Both the position numbers and the translations under genes were made by a program. Below are positions 56,121 to 64,000 of a stretch of 64,000 bases of DNA, in pieces. Source of the stretch: Candidatus Latescibacterota bacterium (lineage in GTDB: Bacteria; Latescibacterota; UBA2968); assembly GCA_965116885.1 (NCBI GenBank), contig OZ220741.1, forward strand, positions 1,888,001-1,952,000, in the 5' to 3' direction. Position 1 is the first letter of the stretch; each line of letters starts with the position of its first letter. Below the pieces are notes generated by a model, which made no database searches, had not been told where the DNA came from, and saw nothing but the letters and a program-made list of their open reading frames with translations.

Positions 56121-57890
56121 ATGAAGGACAAACAACAAGTCATATCAGCTATTTCCAATATCTCTAAGCAGAGACACGTCTTTTATCATTTTTTGAAATT
56201 TCTAAGACCGTATTGGATACACGAAAGCATTGTTTTCGTCCTCATGATTTTAGGGACCGTTAGCTCGCTGGCCTTTCCCTATATCATGAAAATTATTATT
56301 GATGACGTGTTTCCAAACAAAGATTATGAACTCTTGATATTTATTTTGCTTCTGCTCCTGGGCATTACAGTAGGCAATATCATTATTAGTTTTTGTTCAA
56401 ACTATTTATTTGCCTGGATAAAAAATCGCGTTATGCTGGATATAAGAAGCCATCTTTTTGACCACTTAATCCAGTTGCCATTGAGCTTTTATGATCGCAA
56501 TAAATCTGGGGATATTGTTTATAGAATGAGCAACGAAGTTGATAGAATACAGTCGTTTATCACTTCAAGTGCTTTGAGTCTTGTACATAGCTTGCTGACA
56601 CTCATAGGGCTTACTGTGGCTCTCTGCTGGTTGAACTGGCAGCTATTTTTGGTTTCTATTATTGTAATACCTTTTCTGGCACTCAATATTCGCTACTTCC
56701 AGCCCAAGATAAGAGATATTACGGAACGAGGACGAAAGAAAGGCTCTGAAGTTATGAGCTATTTGATTGAGCGATTTGAGACTGTCCAATTGATTCAGGT
56801 CTATAATGCCTATCATTACGAAAACAATAGATTGTGGTCGCAGCTAAATGATCTCCTGAGTATCAATATGCAAAATGTAACCTGCTCTGGAGCTATGAGG
56901 TCCATTTCGAGATTTTTAACGTCATTGACGCCTGCAATCATTCTGGGATGGGGAGGGCATAAGGTGATGTTGGGGGTTATGAGCCTGGGGGCATTGGTTG
57001 CTTTTTTGCAATACCTGTCGCGCCTTTTTGCACCATTTAGAAATCTCAACCGCCTTTATATCGCCCTCATCCGTGTATCTGTTTCAATGAAACGAGTATT
57101 CGAATTTCTCGAGATTGATGTTCAGAAAATAACAGATGGGTCTGCCGCCAGTCCGTTTTCTTTTCAAAAGGAGATTGCGTTCACCAACCTCAATTTTGGA
57201 TATAATGGACAACCCGTTTTGCAGGACTTCAGTTTAAGACTGGAGAAAGGAAAAAAATATGCTCTGGTGGGGTCAAGTGGTTGTGGCAAGAGTTCATTAG
57301 TAAATGTACTGTGTCGTTTTTATGACTTGAATACAGGTGTGATTACTATTGACCATACACCGATTACCGATATCAAGCTGTATGATCTGAGAGAGCATAT
57401 TGGTCTGGTAACCCAGGAGAATCAAGTTTTTCATGATACAATCTGGAATAATATCCGATACAGCAAGCTGGAAAGTACGCCTGAAGAAATCAATCGAGCG
57501 ATCAGCATAGCTGGTTTGAATGAATTTATTGAGAGGGCTGAAGATGGTGCGCTTACGCTTATCGGTGACCGAGGTAACACACTGTCGGCTGGACAAAGGC
57601 AGCGTATTGCTATTGCGCGTGCAATTTTGAGAGACTCGGATATTCTGATCCTGGATGAAGCTACGTCGGCACTGGATTCTGAAAGCGAAGGTGAAATTAT
57701 AGCAAATTTACAGGATCTATATGAAAATAAGACGATGATTGTGATTAGCCACAGACTCAGCACGATCCAGCAGGTAGATGAGATTATTTGCTTGGATGAG
57801 GGGAGAGTTGTGGAGCAAGGAGCACATGAGGAGTTGATGGAGAAGAAGGGGTATTATTGGCGTCTTTTTCGCAAGCAACTTATCGCATAG
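56121..57890 (+). CDS. ABC exporter, fused permease/ATPase (no C39 peptidase domain)
   Basis: TM domain, GSSGCGKS, LSAGQRQR, ILDEATSALD, ISHRL. Confidence 0.95.
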   Translation: MKDKQQVISAISNISKQRHVFYHFLKFLRPYWIHESIVFVLMILGTVSSLAFPYIMKIIIDDVFPNKDYELLIFILLLLLGITVGNIIISFCSNYLFAWIKNRVMLDIRSHLFDHLIQLPLSFYDRNKSGDIVYRMSNEVDRIQSFITSSALSLVHSLLTLIGLTVALCWLNWQLFLVSIIVIPFLALNIRYFQPKIRDITERGRKKGSEVMSYLIERFETVQLIQVYNAYHYENNRLWSQLNDLLSINMQNVTCSGAMRSISRFLTSLTPAIILGWGGHKVMLGVMSLGALVAFLQYLSRLFAPFRNLNRLYIALIRVSVSMKRVFEFLEIDVQKITDGSAASPFSFQKEIAFTNLNFGYNGQPVLQDFSLRLEKGKKYALVGSSGCGKSSLVNVLCRFYDLNTGVITIDHTPITDIKLYDLREHIGLVTQENQVFHDTIWNNIRYSKLESTPEEINRAISIAGLNEFIERAEDGALTLIGDRGNTLSAGQRQRIAIARAILRDSDILILDEATSALDSESEGEIIANLQDLYENKTMIVISHRLSTIQQVDEIICLDEGRVVEQGAHEELMEKKGYYWRLFRKQLIA

Positions 57891-57893
57891 GGA

Positions 57894-58403
57894 ATGGAAC
57901 TGGTGAGTTTAGAATTTCGCAATCCTGACATAAAATTAATTCTCCTGCGTGTATTGGTCATCCAAGTTTTGGGAATAGGCACAGGATTGATTTATACTGT
58001 TATTTTTAGTGAACAGCTTTTGTTCGGCGAGGTTGAAACCTCTGAAAAACAAGATGATATAACGTATGTCTCTTTAGAAGTTCTTCAAAATATAATTCAT
58101 TCGAAATCAAAAATATTACTCATCGATGGGCGTTCTGAATCTGCTTATCACAGAGGCCATATTCCAGGGGCTGTGAACATACCGTATATTCAGCGCGATT
58201 ATTTTTTTCGTCAGCTTTTGGCTGATGTTGCTCGTGAGACCCTAATAATTGTCTATTGTTCTGGCAAGAATTGTAATATCAGTGTCAAATTGGCGAGGTC
58301 TCTATCAGGGGAATTTGGATTTATACATGTTCGAGTTTTTGAGGGAGGATGGGAGGAATGGGTAAAGGGAAAAAATCCGATCCAAACGAGTTTTGACAGA
58401 TGA
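57894..58403 (+). CDS. Membrane-anchored rhodanese-like protein
   Basis: LIDGR, GHIPGAVNIP, IVYCSG, FEGGWEEW. Confidence 0.88.
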   Translation: MELVSLEFRNPDIKLILLRVLVIQVLGIGTGLIYTVIFSEQLLFGEVETSEKQDDITYVSLEVLQNIIHSKSKILLIDGRSESAYHRGHIPGAVNIPYIQRDYFFRQLLADVARETLIIVYCSGKNCNISVKLARSLSGEFGFIHVRVFEGGWEEWVKGKNPIQTSFDR

Positions 58404-58867
58404 TTATACCTGCTAAATTAGCCTGGACAGGAACCGTAGTCCGGATATTTCTGGGACTTATTCTCGGATGGGCCGGGGTTGTAAAAATCCGTAATCCGAA
58501 AGCATTTATTGAAATTGTTAAAGCCTACAATTTGCTACCTGAGGAATTGGTCGTGCTATGGGGGATCTTCTTGCCCTGGATTGAGCTTGTGACAGGTTTA
58601 TTTTTATTTCTCGGTTTGTGGCACAGGAGTGCCGTGCTCAGTTGTTCTGGTCTCTTTTTTGTATTTGCAGCAGCCGTAGGCATTAATATTCTCCGGGGGG
58701 CAGATATCGCCTGTGGTTGTTTTGGGTTCAATGACACCAATTTGTATGTTGTGTTGTTCCAGGACCTGGTTTTCTTGCTTTGCTGTTATTTTTTGGTTTT
58801 TCTAAAATCTACACCTTATTCTCTGGACCATTGCTTTTCTACTTCTCAAAGTGGTGGACTTTCGTAA
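58400..58867 (+). CDS. MauE/DoxX family redox-associated membrane protein
   Basis: RIFLG..AGVVK, LPWIELVTG, CGCFG. Confidence 0.88.
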   Translation: MIIPAKLAWTGTVVRIFLGLILGWAGVVKIRNPKAFIEIVKAYNLLPEELVVLWGIFLPWIELVTGLFLFLGLWHRSAVLSCSGLFFVFAAAVGINILRGADIACGCFGFNDTNLYVVLFQDLVFLLCCYFLVFLKSTPYSLDHCFSTSQSGGLS

Positions 58868-58884
58868 AGTATTCCCTGGCAAAA

Positions 58885-58979
58885 GCCGCCGACAGACCCT
58901 GGCGAGTCGAGTGTCGGTGGTAGCCCCCAGGGGTAGGTTGTAGTAGCAGTTCAAAGCGCAAGCATTTGGGAATGTGAGC
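58885..58979 (+). repeat. Two-hairpin leader motif, copy E
   Basis: GCCGCCGACA..TGTCGGTGGT, longer linker, AAGCATTTGGGAATGTGAGC. Confidence 0.88.
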
Positions 58980-59083
58980 GTGAGAGCATGCATGGTTTTA
59001 CTTGAAGCCCATCAAGTAAGGTGCCTCTTATATGCACGCATATTCATGCAGGATATGACTGAAAAAGTAAAGGAGGTGATACT

Positions 59084-59284
59084 ATGAAAGCTTTGACCAA
59101 GCCGGAGAAGTTTCGATCTATGTCTCGTATCTATGGATATGAGCTACCAGATGATATAATAGGATATCAATGTGAATTTCAAGGCTATACCGATATTGTC
59201 GTAGATGGTGTGGTCGTTGGTCAAACGGAAGATTGGGACTGCGTGAGTGTAGTTGATGAGATATTCGATTGCGACGGCTGCTAA
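59084..59284 (+). CDS. Putative precursor peptide 2
   Basis: Same RBS and leader (MKALTKPEKFRSMSRIYGYEL); different core with 4 Cys ending FDCDGC. Confidence 0.85.
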   Translation: MKALTKPEKFRSMSRIYGYELPDDIIGYQCEFQGYTDIVVDGVVVGQTEDWDCVSVVDEIFDCDGC

Positions 59285-59545
59285 TCCGTGGCTCTCGTTG
59301 AAAAACTAAGGTGTGCTACTGAGCTTGATGGGTTTCAAGTTTGGATCGGTGTTCTCGGTAAACAGGCTGGGGATACCGATCCAACGATAATAGTAAGGAT
59401 TATCATTGGGGATGGCGTAGGCCAGTTGAAGATTGCGATATTCTCGTATCGGAACCGTGTCTTTTATGATACATCAAAAGGACAATCCAATGAACAAGGC
59501 GATATGTAGTTGGCCTGAATTTGATATCGAAGAAGAATTGAACAG

Positions 59546-60199
59546 ATGATTGTGAATGATAGGTTTAAGAGGATCGTTAGGACGATTTTGTGCAAAGTAT
59601 TTAGTCAAGGTATCATTTTTTTAATTTTGATTTTTGGGGGAAGCGGAGTAGTTGCCATTTATGCTTATCCCTTTTTTGCGATAAGTAAACCACTACATGG
59701 CGACATTATGGTCGTAGAAGGATGGTTGCGTGGTGAAGAACTAAGATCGGCATTACAGATTTACAGAGCTGGCAAATACTCTCAGATTGTCGTGACTGGA
59801 GGTCATTTCGCCTATAGCACTGCAACAACTCTTGCCTCAGAATGGCAAATTGATCCCGACCGCGTCAAGGTGGCTGTTCGCGACATGCCGAATGGGAAGT
59901 TTGAGCGAGATCGCACATTTAATTCCGCATTAGGACTTCGTCACTGGCTACTCGAGGCGAATCAAAAAGAAAAAAAAGTTGATATAGTTACGAGAGGTCA
60001 TCATGCCAGGCGTTCGTTTATTTTATTTAAAACCGCCCTTGATGGCGTGGCACAAGTAGGCGTTATAGCTGTTTCCCCCTATAACTACGATCCTGATTAC
60101 TGGTATGATTCAAGTGCAGGGTTCAGGTCGGTTATAGGTGAAATCATCGCCTACATTTATGTAAAACTTATTTTCACTCCTGAGTTTCCCAAAATATAG
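59546..60199 (+). CDS. YdcF/DUF218 family protein
   Basis: MVVEGW, IVVTGG, RTFNSA, VTRGHHARRS, EIIAYIY. Confidence 0.8.
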   Translation: MIVNDRFKRIVRTILCKVFSQGIIFLILIFGGSGVVAIYAYPFFAISKPLHGDIMVVEGWLRGEELRSALQIYRAGKYSQIVVTGGHFAYSTATTLASEWQIDPDRVKVAVRDMPNGKFERDRTFNSALGLRHWLLEANQKEKKVDIVTRGHHARRSFILFKTALDGVAQVGVIAVSPYNYDPDYWYDSSAGFRSVIGEIIAYIYVKLIFTPEFPKI

Positions 60200-60255
60200 A
60201 GAACAATCTAACATTGATCATCAGGTTTTTCTCCCAATAAACGCGATCTTTTCTT

Positions 60256-61533
60256 ATGAGAGGTGTGATTTTGAGAACAGTTTTGATGGTCACACAAAAA
60301 TTTCCCCCTTTTAATGGTGTTGGGGTTCTGCGGGTTACCAAATTTGTGAAGTATATTCAGGATTTTGGATGGCGACCAGTTGTTCTGACTTGCAAACGGG
60401 AAGAAGATCATTTAGACGCTGTGGATGAAAAACTGCTATATGGTGTTCCGGAAGATTTAAGCATTCATCGGGTAAATGCACCTTCCCTGTATGACGTTTA
60501 CAGACAGGTAGGCGGACGGGCAAAACAAGGATCTTTTTCATTGTCTAAAAATTCCTTGGCTTCTTTAATCCGATCTCTATTTGTGCCTGATCAATATGTC
60601 GCCTGGTATTTTACGGGTGTTCGTAAGGCGAAAGAGATTTTCCAGGTGGAGAATATAGACGCGATCTATTCTACATCTCCTCGTGAAACATCTCATCTAA
60701 TAGGAAGAACGCTCCATCTAAAGTATAAGTGTCCCTGGATAGCCGATTTTAGAGATCCCTGGATCGAGAAACAACACCGTCCCAAACGTATCCAGCCTCT
60801 TGAACAGTTCGAGAAGTACTTAGAAAAAATTGTGCTTCGCGATGCAGATTGTATTCTTGCTGCCTGGCCTGGAATTGTCCGAAGTTTTGAGCCTGCTGTA
60901 GAGGGGAAGTCGCAAGTTTTGACAAATGGATTTGATGAAGAGGACTTCAGGGGTCTAAAGCCTCATGTATTCCCCAAATTCACTTTTTTGTTTGCTGGAT
61001 CACTTTTTAAAGAATTGTTTCCCCTACCAATGTTCGAAGCATTGGATGTGCTGCTGCGAACACGTCCAAAACTACGACAAAGAATTCAATTGGTTCTCTT
61101 AGGAAGGCAAGACGCATTTATCCGAGATACGATAAAGAAATACAAGTTAGAATATTGTGTAAATATCATCCCACAAGTACCACACAGAGAATGTTTGCAG
61201 TACATATTAGGAGCTGATGCATTGATTTTTTGTATTCCAGATAAACAGTGTATTCCCAGCAAAATTTTTGAGTATTTAAGAGCCAACCGACCAATACTGG
61301 CAATAGCAGACCAGGATTCAGACGCTGTACAGATTATCGCGCGTGTAAACCCGAGTTTATGTTTAGCAAGCCGAGACCCTGAGCATATAGCACGTTATAT
61401 GTCAAACTTAGTGCGAGATCGCGAGGTTTCGGATTGTGAAATTCAAAACAACAGGCGACTCTGGGAGTTTGAGCGAAGACAGTTAGCAAAACAACTTGCT
61501 CATACCCTCGATACGCTCGTCAATCAGGTTTAG
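60256..61533 (+). CDS. Glycosyltransferase family 4
   Basis: FPPFNGVGVLR, WIADFRDPW, TNGFD, PSKIFEYL. Confidence 0.9.
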   Translation: MRGVILRTVLMVTQKFPPFNGVGVLRVTKFVKYIQDFGWRPVVLTCKREEDHLDAVDEKLLYGVPEDLSIHRVNAPSLYDVYRQVGGRAKQGSFSLSKNSLASLIRSLFVPDQYVAWYFTGVRKAKEIFQVENIDAIYSTSPRETSHLIGRTLHLKYKCPWIADFRDPWIEKQHRPKRIQPLEQFEKYLEKIVLRDADCILAAWPGIVRSFEPAVEGKSQVLTNGFDEEDFRGLKPHVFPKFTFLFAGSLFKELFPLPMFEALDVLLRTRPKLRQRIQLVLLGRQDAFIRDTIKKYKLEYCVNIIPQVPHRECLQYILGADALIFCIPDKQCIPSKIFEYLRANRPILAIADQDSDAVQIIARVNPSLCLASRDPEHIARYMSNLVRDREVSDCEIQNNRRLWEFERRQLAKQLAHTLDTLVNQV

Positions 61534-61536
61534 GAA

Positions 61537-62220
61537 ATGGGCCGTTTGAATAAAATGTTAAAAGTGCTGTGTGCCCTGAGTTTTCTCATAATACTCTTAC
61601 CGCTCGTGATTCTGGGTATCATATTGATCTGGATAGAGACTCGGGATAGATGCTTGTTCAAGCAAGTCCGGGTGGGGAAAAATTTGAGAACCTTTACCAT
61701 TTATAAACTTAAAACAATGATTGACCGTAAAAAAACAGATCAAAATGATCTCTTTGTAGATAAGGAAAAATATACGACAAAAAGCGGACATTTGCTCAGG
61801 ATGTCAAAAATTGACGAAATACCGCAACTTTGGAATATCATCAAGGGGGATATGGATTTTATAGGTCCGAGGCCGATTAGAGAACCACTACACAATTTTT
61901 ATATGAAAAATATCCCAAACTTTGAACGCCGATACCAAACGTTACCTGGCCTTACTGGTATCTCTCAAATTGTTGATCCTGAGAATACAGATCGCAGTCT
62001 CGGCCTGGCTTGTGACTGTTACTATATCAATAACAAATCTGTGAAACTCAATGTCCAGATCATTGTATCGACGGTCGTATATTTGATGTACAGTCTATCA
62101 CGAGAGATTTACAACTGGACAACTACAAGATGGCTCAGGTGTATCAATGTGGAAAATATCCCCAATATTCAAGCTGATAATTTGCAGCATATGAGTTTGT
62201 CAAAATGGAAACGTCAATGA
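61537..62220 (+). CDS. Bacterial sugar transferase (priming phosphoglycosyl transferase)
   Basis: FKQVRVG, YKLKTM, DEIPQLWNIIKGDM..GPRP, PGLTG. Confidence 0.9.
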   Translation: MGRLNKMLKVLCALSFLIILLPLVILGIILIWIETRDRCLFKQVRVGKNLRTFTIYKLKTMIDRKKTDQNDLFVDKEKYTTKSGHLLRMSKIDEIPQLWNIIKGDMDFIGPRPIREPLHNFYMKNIPNFERRYQTLPGLTGISQIVDPENTDRSLGLACDCYYINNKSVKLNVQIIVSTVVYLMYSLSREIYNWTTTRWLRCINVENIPNIQADNLQHMSLSKWKRQ

Positions 62221-62221
62221 A

Positions 62222-63331
62222 ATGAAAACAGTGATCAGTGATATTGAATTCTATCGGCCTGCACAAGGTAAATCGAAACATATGGTTTGCAGTAGTACTT
62301 TCTTGAACATTTTGGCCTATCACAATCCATTTTTTAAAAAACCTATCCTGTACGATCTGCTGAGAGTTGGGTGGACATTTTGGTATTCTCCCAAAAAGAG
62401 AAGACTGAGCTCAATGTATGCAACAAATGGCTTTTTATTTAATTTGAGTTCTCTGTTTTCTGTAAACGCGGAGTCCATATTCTGCTCGGACTTAAGTCAC
62501 TTTAGAGCGTGTTTGAGAGAGCGACTTATTGAAAAACGCCCATTATATGTTAATCTATCCGGGGCGCCCGTTTTGATAGGAAATGAGCTTAAGTTCATAG
62601 ATCTACAACTAAAACATTTCACGTATGTTGTCTTTGGTTTCGACAGCAAAAATGATACTGTCTTACTTTTGACAAACGAAGCTTCAAAGGTGGGTTGGGC
62701 ATCAGTTTCTGAGGTTGCGAGCAGGCTTAAGAGAAATGAAATTGTAGATTTTATGAATCCTTTAGACTTACAGATGCCTGATCAAAAAAAATTTGCGGGC
62801 TTTTTTTTGCGAAAAATAAGAAGCAACTTTAAAACCTGTGCTACAATAGGCACTTTGAGGAGGATAAATCACTATGTATGGGGAAATATTACGAGGAAGT
62901 CTATCCCTATAGATTTACCTCCAGTAAGGATCCTGAGTGGCATAGGAGGTATAGAAAAATTTTCGAAAGATCTCGTACACTTATACGGATTAGAGAAGAA
63001 TGAGATAAACGATTTTTCAAAGCATACATGCCGCAAGATAATAGGATTCCGAGATGAACGAGCGATATTTATGAGGTCGTTATTAGGGTTAGCTCGTTTT
63101 AACAAGAAAGATCATATCATAAAAGAAATTGAACGTCTATCGCAAGATTTAGAACTAACCTGGGTATCTTTGGCTAAATCCTTTGCCAGAGTTTATATGT
63201 CAGAGAAGAAAGATTCTGTAGATCGACTACAGGAAAAATTACTTAATATAAAGAGTCGAGAGAAGGCTCTCCTATTACTGATGCAGGATTTTTTAAAAAA
63301 AGGGGGGTTAGATGGTATTGAATCCTTATAA
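62222..63331 (+). CDS. BtrH-like (papain-fold) protein
   Basis: N-terminal C..T..IL, RPLYV, HFTYVVFGFD, SGIGGIEKF pattern reminiscent of BtrH_N proteins. Confidence 0.5.
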   Translation: MKTVISDIEFYRPAQGKSKHMVCSSTFLNILAYHNPFFKKPILYDLLRVGWTFWYSPKKRRLSSMYATNGFLFNLSSLFSVNAESIFCSDLSHFRACLRERLIEKRPLYVNLSGAPVLIGNELKFIDLQLKHFTYVVFGFDSKNDTVLLLTNEASKVGWASVSEVASRLKRNEIVDFMNPLDLQMPDQKKFAGFFLRKIRSNFKTCATIGTLRRINHYVWGNITRKSIPIDLPPVRILSGIGGIEKFSKDLVHLYGLEKNEINDFSKHTCRKIIGFRDERAIFMRSLLGLARFNKKDHIIKEIERLSQDLELTWVSLAKSFARVYMSEKKDSVDRLQEKLLNIKSREKALLLLMQDFLKKGGLDGIESL

Positions 63332-63398
63332 ATGAATCATTGGAGTTTGGAGTTATTCAATCAGTCTCTATTATTTTCACTAAAAATAGGATTTGACC

Positions 63399-64000
63399 AT
63401 GAAAAAAAAAGTAAAAATAGCTTATATCTTTACACGGTTTCCCTGTTTGACTGAATTGTTTGCTTTACGTGAGGTAGAAGAATTGAGAAGATTGGGAATT
63501 GATGTTCAGCCTTATTCTTTAAACAGGGTGCGGGCAGAAGAGATGCAAGATCCTCTCATGGAATTTTGGTTTGATAAAACCATATATGTTCCTTCTTCCA
63601 CCAGTTTTCAATGTCTTGTATCGCTGCCTAAGATCGGTATTAAGCGCTTTAGAATTTTTTGGGGAGGTCTCATAGTTAAATGTATCTCTGGAAATATACG
63701 AAACTTAAGATACTTGTTTTCTTCGCTTGCAGTATTTTCTCAGGCTACGCATATAACACAAGAGTTAGTAAAAACAAACGTTATGTGGGTCCATGCACAT
63801 TTTGCGACCAATGCTACAACTGTTGCCTGGATAATCAAGCACCTATCGGGTATCCCTTATAGCTTTACACCTCACGCCTATGATATATTCAAACGAGAAT
63901 TCCAAACGGGATTTCTCAAGACAAAGATTCAAGATGCCCATTTTGTTGTTGCGGTCTCTCAATTTAACAAATTTTTCCTTCAAAATTTTAGCGGACAAAA
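63399..64000 (+). CDS. Glycosyltransferase family 4 (WcaL-like), truncated by the window end
   Basis: Frame open to the edge (absent from the ORF track): IAYIFTRFPCLTELFALREV..VHAHFA..YSFTPHAYDIF..VAVSQFN. Confidence 0.88.
   Translation, partial: MKKKVKIAYIFTRFPCLTELFALREVEELRRLGIDVQPYSLNRVRAEEMQDPLMEFWFDKTIYVPSSTSFQCLVSLPKIGIKRFRIFWGGLIVKCISGNIRNLRYLFSSLAVFSQATHITQELVKTNVMWVHAHFATNATTVAWIIKHLSGIPYSFTPHAYDIFKREFQTGFLKTKIQDAHFVVAVSQFNKFFLQNFSGQ

Noticed and set aside
46099..58979. Repeated hairpins as a CRISPR array
   Set aside because: Copies are kilobases apart and separated by whole genes; no cas genes are present.
54523..59284. Diversity-generating retroelement explaining the variable cores
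   Set aside because: No reverse transcriptase in the window, and the cores differ in length and at all bases rather than only at adenines.
59288..59509. 73-aa ORF after precursor 2
   Set aside because: Overlaps the conserved 3' hairpins, has no RBS, and the frame is not preserved in the first cassette.
63680..63862. Cys-rich 60-aa ORF (CTFCDQCYNCC) as another precursor
   Set aside because: Out-of-frame overlap within the GT4 gene starting at 63399; lacks the shared leader and RBS.

Overview
Bacterial genomic window with no rRNA and no CRISPR array. The many sulfatases and PhyH dioxygenases plus an ankyrin remnant are reminiscent of sponge- or sediment-associated lineages such as Poribacteria or Latescibacterota (inference only). 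Left half (1-31.6 kb, GC-richer by eye): a catabolic mosaic of three sulfatases, beta-propeller glycosidases and a sialidase, PhyH dioxygenases, an enolase-superfamily enzyme and TPP enzymes. It also carries many gene fragments, GTAG-type REP elements, a tnpB-only IS200/IS605 element whose insertion leaves the host protein unchanged, tRNA-Val(GAC) next to decayed toxin-antitoxin genes, and a DIP1984-like helical protein followed by a ~200-nt structured RNA candidate. Middle (31.8-39.5 kb): a 1586-aa kinase-AAA-TPR-GAF-sigma54 activator, a near-consensus sigma54 promoter with three UAS palindromes, a 60-aa acidic precursor peptide, an RRE-radical SAM/SPASM maturase and a methyltransferase-like gene. 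Next comes a tyrosinase-fusion gene bracketed by 50-bp direct repeats. Right part (45.3-64 kb, AT-richer, continuing past the window edge) is the best candidate for an undescribed system. It is a sulfated-polysaccharide-type locus interleaved with a peptide-maturation module: ACP, S8 protease fused to a P-loop domain, CxxC redoxin, beta-propeller lipoprotein, ABC exporter, rhodanese, MauE/DoxX and a BtrH-like protein. It holds two precursor genes with a conserved leader and unrelated Cys/Asp-rich cores. A hairpin RNA motif recurs five times in this locus, and each precursor gene is enclosed by a 17-nt inverted repeat. Family assignments come from motif recognition by eye; no database search was run.
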